Assembly: GCA_031972735.1 (NCBI GenBank)
Contig: DALYED010000004.1
Span: 7,284 to 62,051, forward strand
DNA length: 54,768 nucleotides
Origin: Minisyncoccota bacterium
GTDB taxonomy: Bacteria > Patescibacteriota > Minisyncoccia > Phycocordibacterales > UBA6899
Reading direction: 5' to 3'
The notes below the pieces were generated by a model. It had not been told where the DNA came from, did not search any database, and was given only the letters and a program-made list of their open reading frames with translations. A program made the position numbers and the translations under genes. Shown here piece after piece: positions 27,766-37,397 of the stretch; position 1 is the first letter of the stretch; each line of letters begins with the position of its first letter.

Positions 27766-28980
27766 TTATGTTGATATTTGATCATAAATTATTGAGCATT
27801 TATTTGCGGCACTCTCCCATGTGACATGCTCAACATCAATTGATCCGAGCTCTCCTAGTGTTTGTTGTAGTCCTCTACTCTCGACAACTGAGAGAATTTT
27901 ATCAGTCATATCGTCAATGTCCCAAAAATCAGACTTGAGCACGTGGGTAAGCACTTCAGCAACTCCTGATTGTTTTGAAACGAGAATCGGTGTGCCATTT
28001 GCCAGTGCCTCAAGAGCAGTGATTCCAAATGGTTCTGAAACTGACGGCATAACGTAGAGATCTGCTGCACGATAAAGCTTCATAAGTTCTTCGCCACGCA
28101 CAAATCCTGCGAATACGACTTTATCACCAATTCCAACATTCGATGCGAGACGTATCATTTGATGTTCCATATCCCCAGACCCACTCATTACAAATAAAAC
28201 ATTTGGATTATATTCAAGTACGCGTTTTGCAACTTTTATAAAATAATCTGGTCCTTTTTGAATGGTAATTCTTCCCACAAACAGCACAATCTTTTTTCCT
28301 TGTGCCCGAATATTGTGCAATGACGGAGGGAGGTCGTTCACGTGATCACCGTGATCTATTCCATTATGAACAACACTCACTTTATCCTCAGTGATGCCAT
28401 AATGCTGAACAATTATATTTTTGGTGTGCTGAGAAACTGCAATAATACAATCTGCTGCATGCATTCCGCGACGTTCTTCATCATAAATATATTGATTTGG
28501 CTTCCCAGCAGTGCGGTCAAATTCCGTTGCATGCACATGTACAATTAGTGGTTTACCAGAAACTCGTTTTGCTTCCATCCCAGCTCGAAATGAAAGCCAG
28601 TCATGCGCATGAATCACATCATGTTCTTCTTCGGTTGCGATAAGCTTTGCTTGTAATCCATATCTTCGCACTTCATCAAAAAGATTCAGGCCGTATACTT
28701 TATCTTCTGGTGCAGTACGAAGATACTCGTCATAAAGCTCGATATTAATATAGGGATGAAGTAGTGTTTTTACTTCACGCACTTTTATGTTACGTATATT
28801 CGCAAAAACGATTTTAAGAAAATCATGATCAAGTCCCCCCATCTTTTTTGGCAACACAAAAGTGACATTCACATCTTTGCGTGACAATGCTTTTGTTAAT
28901 CCATAGCATGCCGTACCTAACCCCCCACTATTGTGCGGTGGAAACTCCCAGCCAAACATGAGTACGCGTATATTCTTCAT
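27766..28980 (-). CDS. Glycogen/starch-synthase-like glycosyltransferase (GT4/GT5, group 1)
   Basis: 404 aa with VLMFGWEFPPHNSGGLGTACYGLTKAL, HAHDWL and PSVSEPFGITALEALANGTP. Confidence 0.8.
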   Translation of the reverse strand: MKNIRVLMFGWEFPPHNSGGLGTACYGLTKALSRKDVNVTFVLPKKMGGLDHDFLKIVFANIRNIKVREVKTLLHPYINIELYDEYLRTAPEDKVYGLNLFDEVRRYGLQAKLIATEEEHDVIHAHDWLSFRAGMEAKRVSGKPLIVHVHATEFDRTAGKPNQYIYDEERRGMHAADCIIAVSQHTKNIIVQHYGITEDKVSVVHNGIDHGDHVNDLPPSLHNIRAQGKKIVLFVGRITIQKGPDYFIKVAKRVLEYNPNVLFVMSGSGDMEHQMIRLASNVGIGDKVVFAGFVRGEELMKLYRAADLYVMPSVSEPFGITALEALANGTPILVSKQSGVAEVLTHVLKSDFWDIDDMTDKILSVVESRGLQQTLGELGSIDVEHVTWESAANKCSIIYDQIST

Positions 28981-29079
28981 TTTAAATTAAAAAAGAAACA
29001 GGCGGCACTCACTTGTGCTCACTGTGGCCTCATCGAAAGTATATCACGTATATTAGTCAAAAGTTATACACAGTTGTCA

Positions 29080-29107
29080 AAAAAGCACCGATGAAGGTGC
29101 TTTTTTG
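29080..29107. terminator. Bidirectional rho-independent terminator
   Basis: AAAAAGCACC GATGAA GGTGCTTTTTT. The stem pairs 29084..29089 with 29096..29101. Confidence 0.7.
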
Positions 29108-29121
29108 ACAATGCATAATCT

Positions 29122-29661
29122 TTATTGTGCCACAAACGATACTATGACAACTTTGTCTGGAGAAAGTGGTGGGAGATCTGTTTGACGATTGAATGCGTCA
29201 TTGCCGTCATCATTTAATATTCCTACGAAATATTTCTCTCCTTTTATAGTGGGACGAAGGAGTTCGACTGAAACATTGGTGTCACCAGCACGAGCTCGGA
29301 TAGCTCCCATAATATATCCTGGCTCATCATCGCGCTCATCATAAACGGCAATCCATTTAGTTTCTTCAAGTCGCAATCCTTCAACATTAACTGAATTGCC
29401 AGCTAGCTGATCTTGCACATTAATACCAACGCGAGAACCTTTTGGAATTGACGGAGCAAGTGGGAGTTGTGGGGCATGTGTAATTGTTTCCTGTGAAGCA
29501 ATGATTGTTTCAGCTGATGTTGTCGCACCATTACCAGTTGTACTTATTGCTGTTTCTAATTCTTCAGAAGCATTCTGTGTCTTCCAAGCCATCACCCCTG
29601 CTGTGCCAATAAGAACTCCAATAACAAGCATGAGTACAAGTTGTTGTGATTGTTTTGCCAT
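29122..29661 (-). CDS. Hypothetical membrane-anchored secreted protein
   Basis: ATG at 29661 gives MAKQSQQLVLMLVIGVLIGTAGVMAW (signal anchor). The ORF track extends to 29751. Confidence 0.6.
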   Translation of the reverse strand: MAKQSQQLVLMLVIGVLIGTAGVMAWKTQNASEELETAISTTGNGATTSAETIIASQETITHAPQLPLAPSIPKGSRVGINVQDQLAGNSVNVEGLRLEETKWIAVYDERDDEPGYIMGAIRARAGDTNVSVELLRPTIKGEKYFVGILNDDGNDAFNRQTDLPPLSPDKVVIVSFVAQ

Positions 29662-29838
29662 TCTGTTTTTAATATGAACAGGATATATTCCTGTATTATT
29701 AAGTTTGTTAATATAGTACTGACGTTCTGATTTCACTCTGCACCTCCCCATAACATGGAGGGTACTACCAGTAAAGCGTACCGAAGCTAGCCCAAGAAGT
29801 CAAAACTAAACAAAACTTATATCCTCAGAATAAATATA

Positions 29839-30339
29839 TTATCCCTTTATATATAATTCGAAGTTATCGAGATTTTCATTTGGTCCCGCCTCAATAAGAT
29901 TAAGCGTGACTGGTTGCCCATTAAATGTTGCAGAGAGTACTGCGCTATTTAGAGCATTTACCATAACCTTAAATCGCGCAGGTGTGATGTTGGGAGCGCA
30001 TTTCTCGCCTGTTTTTACTGATGACACGAACTGGACTACCACTTGTTTTGTATCTGCACTTGCAACAGCGGTTGTATCAAGAACATCACACGCTGTTGGA
30101 AGAGGGACTTCACCTGCAATGGTATGAGTACCTTTAAGAAATGCATGTTTTGCAGTGATAACAATATTCGGAGACAAGATTGTCTCCGCGGGAGTATTTT
30201 CCCACGCTGTAGTACTCGCAAGCTCTGGCGAAAGTGGAGTTTTCGTATCAAGTGTTGTTTTTTGAAATGAAATTACAATAAATCCAATTACCGCAAGAAT
30301 AAGTATACCTGCGATGATATATGTACTTTTTTTATCCAT
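29839..30339 (-). CDS. Hypothetical membrane-anchored protein
   Basis: 166 aa with the N-terminal TM segment YIIAGILILAVIGFIVISF. No recognised domain. Confidence 0.6.
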   Translation of the reverse strand: MDKKSTYIIAGILILAVIGFIVISFQKTTLDTKTPLSPELASTTAWENTPAETILSPNIVITAKHAFLKGTHTIAGEVPLPTACDVLDTTAVASADTKQVVVQFVSSVKTGEKCAPNITPARFKVMVNALNSAVLSATFNGQPVTLNLIEAGPNENLDNFELYIKG

Positions 30340-30358
30340 GATGTCATTCTACCCTTCA

Positions 30359-31327
30359 TCAGAAAAAGAGGCTAATCATTATTCGAACTATTTTATAAAA
30401 GACAAGTAAAAAAGCTATATAAAATATGTATGGATTTGAAACAAATGAATGAATAACGAGCGCAAGAAAGAGCTTGATATAATCAAGTGGAGACCGAACA
30501 ATTTGACCATTTTTAATCCCACCTGCAATAAGTGACCAACCTGCAATATCCTTGTCATTTTGAGTCACTACATGAACTGAAGATGTGGTTCCGGAGTGTG
30601 CGGTAATATTCCCTACCGCACTATTGAGATTCTTTGATGCTTTTATTGATTGAGAAAGTCGAATTTGTTCAATTGAGCTAATAACAGGCAAAGCCATACT
30701 TGAAACTGGCACTGGTGCATTTTCAGAAATTTGATTTTTTATTTCTTCTATGGGATTACTGCTTACTTGAGATTGTGTTGTTGTCCCAACATTTGTTGTT
30801 GTGGATGTAGGTATATTTTTTTTTGGCGGAGGAGCTGGTTCAGTACTATCACCAATTCCATTATGATTACTATCAAGGTCGGCAAATCGTTTTACTTTGA
30901 CTGTCTCAGCGATACTCACTGTCGATGATGCAACTGAGCTCGTGCCCTCAGTGAATGTGTCGCTCAATATCACAGCAGAAAAATTATGCAGACCAGGAGT
31001 AACTACCCATGGGAACACAACTACTTGTGACCCACCATTCCCTTCTACGAGTATCGAGCGCTTTTCAACAGTTGTTGTTCCATCACGAAGCGTCATGACA
31101 CCTGTCATTTGATATGGAGTTGAATTAAATACAAGTGTATTGATAGCTATGTGATCACCAACAAAGAATGGGTCTTTCGAAAACCAAATCTGGTTACTTG
31201 CAAATCCTGCAGGGAGTGTTTTTGCGAACACCACCGTAGGAAGTAGTGCTGACAGCACTGTGAACAAAATAATAGATGCAATAAGTTTATACATGAAGAT
31301 GTCGAAGAAAAGTGAGATGATACCCAT
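30359..31327 (-). CDS. Hypothetical secreted/membrane protein
   Basis: 322 aa with a signal peptide (LFTVLSALLPTVVFA), a Thr/Ser/Pro-rich linker and a C-terminal TM region. Confidence 0.6.
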   Translation of the reverse strand: MGIISLFFDIFMYKLIASIILFTVLSALLPTVVFAKTLPAGFASNQIWFSKDPFFVGDHIAINTLVFNSTPYQMTGVMTLRDGTTTVEKRSILVEGNGGSQVVVFPWVVTPGLHNFSAVILSDTFTEGTSSVASSTVSIAETVKVKRFADLDSNHNGIGDSTEPAPPPKKNIPTSTTTNVGTTTQSQVSSNPIEEIKNQISENAPVPVSSMALPVISSIEQIRLSQSIKASKNLNSAVGNITAHSGTTSSVHVVTQNDKDIAGWSLIAGGIKNGQIVRSPLDYIKLFLALVIHSFVSNPYIFYIAFLLVFYKIVRIMISLFF

Positions 31328-31344
31328 GCAAGATAAGTATTATC

Positions 31345-32076
31345 TTACATATAATCCATCAAGCTATTATACCAAGTATTGCCGAACAATTCCTCAACCC
31401 AGACATTAAGAAGTCCGAAGTTCCCCATAATGAGCAGTACCCCAATACCAAGAAACATTATTCCTCCAATGTTATTGATATACGGAAGTAGTCGTGCCAA
31501 TACTGGAAGATATGAAAATGAAGTCCCATACACATATGCAATTACAAGAAATGGCAATGCAAGCCCAATTGAATACACAAGTAGTAGTGAGGCTCCATGC
31601 ATGGCAGTTGCACTCGCACCAGCGATAACTAAGATAGTCCCAAGTATCGGACCTAGGCACGGACTCCAACCGAGTGCGAAAAGTAGTCCAAGTAAAAACG
31701 CTGAGGATGGTTCACCTGCTGATAAATATGCGGGAGTTTTCTTCTGGGAAAACAATTGCGGGAGTTCGAACACACCGAGCATTGAAAGGCCAAAACAAAT
31801 GACCAATATTCCACCAATCTGTGAAATGAGCGCGCGATGGAGTATAAAAAAATTACCGATAGTACCAGAAATCAACCCAAAAAAAATAAATACTGAACTA
31901 AATGCAACAGTAAACAAGAAGGCATTCAGCATGACTTTCTTTTTTTGTGGCTGTTGAGTAGTATTTCGTGCCCCCGCAAGAAAGCCAAGATAGGCTGGGA
32001 TGAGCGGTAGAGTGCACGGTGCAAGGAAAGTAAGTAATCCTCCAATGAGTGCAGAGATATATCCTATTTCAAACAT
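31345..32076 (-). CDS. ccdA: Cytochrome c biogenesis / thiol-disulfide transporter CcdA (DsbD family)
   Basis: 243 aa polytopic protein with the LTFLAPCTLPLIPAYLGFLAG and GWSPCLGPILG motifs. Confidence 0.85.
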   Translation of the reverse strand: MFEIGYISALIGGLLTFLAPCTLPLIPAYLGFLAGARNTTQQPQKKKVMLNAFLFTVAFSSVFIFFGLISGTIGNFFILHRALISQIGGILVICFGLSMLGVFELPQLFSQKKTPAYLSAGEPSSAFLLGLLFALGWSPCLGPILGTILVIAGASATAMHGASLLLVYSIGLALPFLVIAYVYGTSFSYLPVLARLLPYINNIGGIMFLGIGVLLIMGNFGLLNVWVEELFGNTWYNSLMDYM

Positions 32077-32164
32077 AAACCCATTGTATCATCACAACGG
32101 GAAAATGTTCGATGATCATTTCACACTACCGCCAATCAATAACTCGCTAACAGTAAAGAGCGAG

Positions 32165-32902
32165 CTATTCGGTAACCTCATTTTTTCGTGAAGTTGGTAA
32201 CGTCATTGGAAACGCAGAGAGTGAGAGACTGCGTGGTTTGGTAAGAAACGGAGCGGTTCCTGTTGAAGCGAGATCGTCTTGTTGCATTTTGTGCTGTATT
32301 GATGCGGCAAGTTGCGCTTTTTGTTTATCCTGCTCTGCGAGAATTCCGTAGACATACATCACTTTTGTCACGTATCCATAGTCTTCTGCAGAATACTGTG
32401 AGAGCCAGCGGCGGGCACGTGATGGACCCATGTTATACGCTACAAGTGCTTCTTGTGGAGAGTCGAAACCATAAAGGTCTTCTAGTTGTCGAAGATATTT
32501 CGTTCCGGCTAATATATTTTGAAATGGATCTTTTGGGTCTTTTACACCAAGTGATTTTGCAGTTTCAGGCATAAGCTGCATAAGTCCTTGAGCACCTTTA
32601 TGGCTCGTAGCCTCTGAGCGTCCTTCGGATTCAATGACAATGACTGCAAGGATGAGATTTTTATCATAGTCATGGAGCATTGAAGCTATGTTGACCATTT
32701 CTCCATAACTTTGCTTAGTACTTGAAATATAGGTTGGCGCATTACTCTTTAAATAGATAAAGTTTGCAGCAAATGTCGTTGTTGGAAATACGGATGCCAG
32801 TAATCCGATAAATAATGCGAATTTGAGTATTAAACGTGAGACGGGGCGCGAGTGCCCCTTCTGTATACCAATGTCTTCTTTAGTGGAAATGTATTGTGTC
32901 AT
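32165..32902 (-). CDS. Lytic transglycosylase (SLT/GH23 domain)
   Basis: 245 aa with a signal anchor and VIVIESEGRSEATSHKGAQGLMQLMPETA...AYNMGPSRARRW. Confidence 0.85.
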   Translation of the reverse strand: MTQYISTKEDIGIQKGHSRPVSRLILKFALFIGLLASVFPTTTFAANFIYLKSNAPTYISSTKQSYGEMVNIASMLHDYDKNLILAVIVIESEGRSEATSHKGAQGLMQLMPETAKSLGVKDPKDPFQNILAGTKYLRQLEDLYGFDSPQEALVAYNMGPSRARRWLSQYSAEDYGYVTKVMYVYGILAEQDKQKAQLAASIQHKMQQDDLASTGTAPFLTKPRSLSLSAFPMTLPTSRKNEVTE

Positions 32903-33348
32903 AGTTTGGGATGGTTGAAATCAATTGTGGGTTAGCGCACTTCAGGCAAACAATAGATCTTATGTTTATATAATAACATAAATTAGCTATTTGTCAATCT
33001 ATTATGGTGGGTTCCTTGGGTACTCGACAATTGTACAGAGTGATCCATCTCTCGCAACTACTTTTATCGACATACGAATATATGGCTTAAAATATGCATA
33101 TTTATGAATATTTATTGGACATGACTTTTTTGAGTATCCTAATTATCTTCAAATCCTATTTTGACAAATAATTATTATGTTGAATAATACTTAGCAAATC
33201 GTTGCAAATACTCACTATTTTAAGAAATTCATATATTTCATTGAATATTCATTGTAAAAATCGAGCTGAATTTTCTCAAAAAACAGCTTTACATAAGGCT
33301 TGTTTGGTACTATCATTGCCAGAAACAACAGCCGAAAGGTGACCCCCC

Positions 33349-34593
33349 ATGCAATTATTTTCTTCATTTATTGTTTATATTTTGCTTTTTCTGACTATGT
33401 ATTTTGAGGTATTTTTACTTGTTTCATATTTTGAAGAAAGTGAAGTTTTCCTGCCAGGCGAGAAAGCAAAGAACAGAAAACCTGGAAAATATCCTACAGT
33501 AACTATCATCGTACCTGCATGGAATGAAGGAGAAACATTAACAGGCACGGTTAATTCCCTACTTTCGCTCGATTATCCCAAGGACAGACTTTCGATTTTT
33601 ATTGTCGATGATGGATCGACCGATAATACCCTTGAAATTGCAAATCGTTTTGAGAGAAATCCGCAAGTTCAAATTTTCACAAAGGAAAATGGCGGAAAAT
33701 TTACTGCGTTAAATCTGGGAATCAAAGAATGTAAGAGTGATCTTATTGGCTGCCTTGATGCAGACTCTTTTGTAGACAATGCAGCCCTAAAGGAAATCAT
33801 TCCATATTTTGATAACCCTGAAGTAATGGCGGTTACTCCCTCTGTGCAAATTCATAAACCTGACAACATACTTCGAAAGATTCAGGCGACAGAATACATG
33901 ATTGGACAATTCACTCGAAAGCTCTTTAGTCGCTTAAATGGACTTTACGTAACCCCAGGTCCGTTTTCAATTTATCGTCACAAGATTTTTGAAGAAATTG
34001 GAAACTTTAAACATGCTTACAATACGGAGGATATGGAAATGGCCCTCAGACTCCAGTCAAATAGAATGAAAATTGAGAATGCGCACACAGCATATGTTTA
34101 TACAGTTTCGCCCGGTACTCCAAAAGCGCTATACAAACAACGAGTAAGGTGGGTTTCTGGATTTCTCAAAAATGCTTTTTTTGAGTATCGATTCATGTTC
34201 CTCTCAAGAAAATATGGGAATCTTGGTTTCCTAGTGATGCCATTTGCTTTTGTCTCAATCTTTATTGCACTCTTTTTTACCGCACTATACATGCGAAGTA
34301 TTGCGCATTTTATATATGAACGGTATGTGCAGTATTCAACACTTGGATTTCATCCCCACTTCGGTAAATGGGAATTTGATTGGTTCTCACTAAATCTTGA
34401 GTTTCGCGCACTAATTATTTACATGCTCTTTTTTACAACTGTATTCTTTGTGCTCATGGGAGTACGAATGGCACAAAAGAAAATTTCACTTGATATTATC
34501 TATTTCCTGCTCTTGTATGGCTTTATTGCACCATTTTGGCTCGCACGTTCACTTTACAACCTCGTAACTGCAAAGGAGGCAAGCTGGCGTTAA
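33349..34593 (+). CDS. Processive family-2 glycosyltransferase (PgaC/IcaA/NodC/cellulose-synthase-like), membrane-embedded
   Basis: 414 aa with VTIIVPAWNEGETL, VDDGSTDNT, LDADS, TEDMEM and QRVRWVSG (the QxxRW motif), plus N- and C-terminal TM segments. Confidence 0.85.
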   Translation: MQLFSSFIVYILLFLTMYFEVFLLVSYFEESEVFLPGEKAKNRKPGKYPTVTIIVPAWNEGETLTGTVNSLLSLDYPKDRLSIFIVDDGSTDNTLEIANRFERNPQVQIFTKENGGKFTALNLGIKECKSDLIGCLDADSFVDNAALKEIIPYFDNPEVMAVTPSVQIHKPDNILRKIQATEYMIGQFTRKLFSRLNGLYVTPGPFSIYRHKIFEEIGNFKHAYNTEDMEMALRLQSNRMKIENAHTAYVYTVSPGTPKALYKQRVRWVSGFLKNAFFEYRFMFLSRKYGNLGFLVMPFAFVSIFIALFFTALYMRSIAHFIYERYVQYSTLGFHPHFGKWEFDWFSLNLEFRALIIYMLFFTTVFFVLMGVRMAQKKISLDIIYFLLLYGFIAPFWLARSLYNLVTAKEASWR

Positions 34594-34623
34594 TTCGTTA
34601 AATAAGGTAAACCTTCAAATAAT

Positions 34624-35331
34624 ATGGCACAAAACAAAGACGTCAGTACTAAAAAATATGTTGTTGTATTCTTCATAACCCTTGGTGTGTTTGCAATGGT
34701 TTTTCTACTTTCAAACTATCTTTATGGTCAGCGAATTGATCAGGTAAAAAATATTGAAGAAAATATCAATCGCAATATCCTTGAATCTGAAATTCAGTAT
34801 GCACTTCTCTCCGATGCAACTTGTGATCAAGATGTAGACAACAGTCCTATCATGATTGATGAGATCAATAATCTCTCAAACCGACTTTCATACATGGAAG
34901 AACAGCGCGGAACTGATGATGCTGAAGTGATCAGCCTCAAAAAGTATTATTCCTTACTACAGGTGAAGGACTATCTCTTGCTTCGTGAACGTTCAAAACA
35001 GTGTGGTCAAAAACCACTTACCATTCTGTACTTTTATTCAAACGCTGGTGACTGCGATGAGTGTAAAAAACTAGGATATGTACTTACTTCAATGAGAGAG
35101 GACTACGGCGATCTTCACATCTATGCTTTTGATTACAATATTGGACTTTCTGTTATAGATACCCTGAAATCCATATATAAACTCAACAACAATCTCCCGA
35201 TCCTTGTTATTGACAGAAAAGCATATTATGGATTTAAAGCGAGAGAAGAGATTGAGAAACTTATGCCTGATCTGGCATTTGCAAAGGCAACATCGACGCG
35301 AGCAACTACCTCACGCACAATTGCTAAATAA
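34624..35331 (+). CDS. Hypothetical membrane-anchored protein with a single CxxC (CDEC) motif, possibly a thioredoxin-like fold
   Basis: 235 aa with the N-terminal TM segment YVVVFFITLGVFAMVFLL and ILYFYSNAGDCDECKKLGYVL. It lies 30 nt downstream of the GT2 gene. Confidence 0.55.
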   Translation: MAQNKDVSTKKYVVVFFITLGVFAMVFLLSNYLYGQRIDQVKNIEENINRNILESEIQYALLSDATCDQDVDNSPIMIDEINNLSNRLSYMEEQRGTDDAEVISLKKYYSLLQVKDYLLLRERSKQCGQKPLTILYFYSNAGDCDECKKLGYVLTSMREDYGDLHIYAFDYNIGLSVIDTLKSIYKLNNNLPILVIDRKAYYGFKAREEIEKLMPDLAFAKATSTRATTSRTIAK

Positions 35332-35375
35332 ATCATCTTATGCCTTTGACATAAGTTAACATATTCACTTCAAAA

Positions 35376-35957
35376 TCAAGCGAGTGAGAGAGATATGAGA
35401 AGCGAACCGATTAGTGAGATAAACCCAAACACGACTGAGAGACTCAGCAACTCTTTTATGTGAGACTCGACTTGTTCTAATGAGTGCCCTGCCAGAATAT
35501 ATAGTGGTGTAGTACCATCATGATATGTCATAACGACAGCATGTCGAAGCTGGGGTTTTGGCTCAAAAGTAAACTTATCAATTTGATGAGACCTGGTATA
35601 TGCAAATACATCACTTGAAGGTATTGGGTAATTTCCATTGAGTGCGCCAGTTCCCGAAATGGGTCTTCCGTTTGCATCGTAAATAATCACATACAGAGAG
35701 AGGCTTTTATCGATTTCAACTGGATGAGTGCTATTAAACTGACTCGGTAATGCACCTTCACTGAGTGCGAGGTCGATATTCTTTACAATTTCTGCCGGAG
35801 CATCATTAGCACTCATACGCATATATTGTTGGAGTGCGATATATGTAAATATAAAGAAAACAGCAACAATAAAGCCAATTGGGAGCCACGCAAGAGCAAT
35901 TTGCAATCGAGCTTGGGTCAAGAATCTCATGAGTGATTTTATCATATCATGTTGCAC
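35376..35957 (-). CDS. Hypothetical membrane protein
   Basis: 193 aa with TM segments at both ends. No recognised domain. Confidence 0.55.
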   Translation of the reverse strand: MQHDMIKSLMRFLTQARLQIALAWLPIGFIVAVFFIFTYIALQQYMRMSANDAPAEIVKNIDLALSEGALPSQFNSTHPVEIDKSLSLYVIIYDANGRPISGTGALNGNYPIPSSDVFAYTRSHQIDKFTFEPKPQLRHAVVMTYHDGTTPLYILAGHSLEQVESHIKELLSLSVVFGFISLIGSLLISLSLA

Positions 35958-36012
35958 TAGTTTCCGAAAAACGATTTTGAAATTTTCCTAATATAGGTTA
36001 CGCTCTCATGTA

Positions 36013-37035
36013 ATGGACACACAAACACGCGAAAAGCTCGTTACCATCGCAGAAAAAAACCTTCGAGATATTGTCTTGCTTGCTATTGAGCGGAAGCCAA
36101 GTGAAAAAGTGCTCGTGGTATATGATACACAATATGGACTCACGAACATCCTTGAAGAGGCATACCGGCGTGTTCTTCCTGACGCAACATTCATTGATTT
36201 TGACTTAACAGCAAAAGATGAGATCATCTCACGTTTTAATGACATGCATCCAAATGATCTCGTCATACTCCTTCAATCGTCAAATTTTCTCCTCGATGCA
36301 TTTCGCATAAGACTGCATTTGTTTCAAAAGAAGCTCAAAGTCATTGAGCATGTACACCTTCATCGAAATACTGAACCAGTCTGGGATGTCTACATTAATG
36401 CTCTAGCATATGATCCATCGTGGTATCGCGTTATAGGTCCCAAATTGCAAGAAATGCTCACAAGTACGAATGAGCTCACAATCACCGCAGGGGACGCCAT
36501 TTTGCGCGTTACAGGTGGTCTTGAGTCTCCGAAACCAAATCTTGGTGACTATACTGGCATGGAAAATGTTGGTGGAACCTTCCCTATTGGAGAAGTTTTC
36601 ACTGAAAGCAAAGACTTCAGTCAAATGAATGGTTCATTTATGATTTATGCATATGCTGGAGGTGATTTCTGTGTCCGTATGCATAAGCCATTTCGAGTTG
36701 ATGTGACAAATGGCATTGTCTCAGGATGGCAATCAGATGCACCACAATCATTTATTGACATCATCAATGCAATAACCCAGTATGAACGTCCACTAATCCG
36801 TGAAATTGGATTTGGATTAAATCGCGCAATTACTCGGGATCGTTATATCGAAGACATTACTGCCTTTGAGCGCATCCTCGGTATGCATCTCTCCCTTGGT
36901 GAGAAACACAGTGTATACAAAAAAGCAGGTATCACCACTCATAAAACAAAGTTTCATGTTGATTTATTCCCTGTTGTAGAAAGTGTGAAATCTGATGGAG
37001 TGATATTTTTTGAACACGAATCATATCAATTATAA
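36013..37035 (+). CDS. Hypothetical protein, possibly an M29 (aminopeptidase T/NicX-like) fold
   Basis: 340 aa. GGTFPIGEVFTES and HVDL resemble M29-family blocks. The assignment is weak. Confidence 0.45.
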   Translation: MDTQTREKLVTIAEKNLRDIVLLAIERKPSEKVLVVYDTQYGLTNILEEAYRRVLPDATFIDFDLTAKDEIISRFNDMHPNDLVILLQSSNFLLDAFRIRLHLFQKKLKVIEHVHLHRNTEPVWDVYINALAYDPSWYRVIGPKLQEMLTSTNELTITAGDAILRVTGGLESPKPNLGDYTGMENVGGTFPIGEVFTESKDFSQMNGSFMIYAYAGGDFCVRMHKPFRVDVTNGIVSGWQSDAPQSFIDIINAITQYERPLIREIGFGLNRAITRDRYIEDITAFERILGMHLSLGEKHSVYKKAGITTHKTKFHVDLFPVVESVKSDGVIFFEHESYQL

Positions 37036-37036
37036 A

Positions 37037-37062
37037 ATTTCCGCTCATCAATGAGCGGAAAT
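37037..37062. terminator. Bidirectional terminator hairpin
   Basis: ATTTCCGCTCAT (37037..37048) pairs with ATGAGCGGAAAT (37051..37062). It lies between convergent ORFs. Confidence 0.6.
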
Positions 37063-37072
37063 GTAATTATAC

Positions 37073-37312
37073 TTATTGTGACGCAACTCCATGATAACTT
37101 TGTATATCGCGATGCTGAGCGCTTTTGGGTGTATTTGCCATCGCCATCACCTGAGCTGCAACCGCAGGATCAGTTGTGTTGAGTATCACGGCTTTTGTTG
37201 TGGTCGCGATTATTTTACGAGTAGTACCAATAGTAAGTACCTCCCATGGAAGTGGGTGTGCTGAAACAAGAGTTTTAATTAAATCAGATGCTACGTAAAA
37301 GTAGTGATACAT
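37073..37312 (-). CDS. Small hypothetical protein (doubtful)
   Basis: 79 codons from ATG 37312 (MYHYFYVASD...). It lies between two terminators and has no recognisable motif. Confidence 0.3.
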   Translation of the reverse strand: MYHYFYVASDLIKTLVSAHPLPWEVLTIGTTRKIIATTTKAVILNTTDPAVAAQVMAMANTPKSAQHRDIQSYHGVASQ

Positions 37313-37325
37313 GAGTGACACCTTT

Positions 37326-37364
37326 AAAAAGAACAATTCTCATTTCTTATTGAAATGAGAATTG
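37326..37364 (-). terminator. Rho-independent terminator of the DUF1697 gene
   Basis: A perfect 13-bp stem pairs CAATTCTCATTTC (37334..37346) with GAAATGAGAATTG (37352..37364) across a 5-nt loop. On the minus strand it is followed by TTCTTTTT. Confidence 0.75.
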
Positions 37365-37397
37365 TGAGTGTACATGAATATTGCAAGATTGAAAAGA

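Noticed and set aside
31379-31957. A 192-aa plus-strand ORF
   Set aside because: It is entirely antisense to the well-supported ccdA gene, and its Ser/Pro/Asn-rich composition has no motif. Similar antisense or alternative-frame ORFs were rejected for the same reason. These are 19780..20406 inside tgt, 6921..7433 inside the SLT gene, 46158..46649 inside dus, 51095..51556 inside serS, 9965..10426 inside uvrC, 16481..16930 inside the FIST gene and 36006..36266 opposite the M29-like gene.
32935-33010. A possible c-di-GMP (GEMM-I) riboswitch upstream of the processive glycosyltransferase, suggested by GCGCACTTCAGGCAAAC
   Set aside because: Only one GGCAAAC-like element is present. The second conserved ACGCAAAGC element and the paired-helix architecture are missing. 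The element is also about 400 nt from the start codon, and AT-rich hairpins here are expected by chance.
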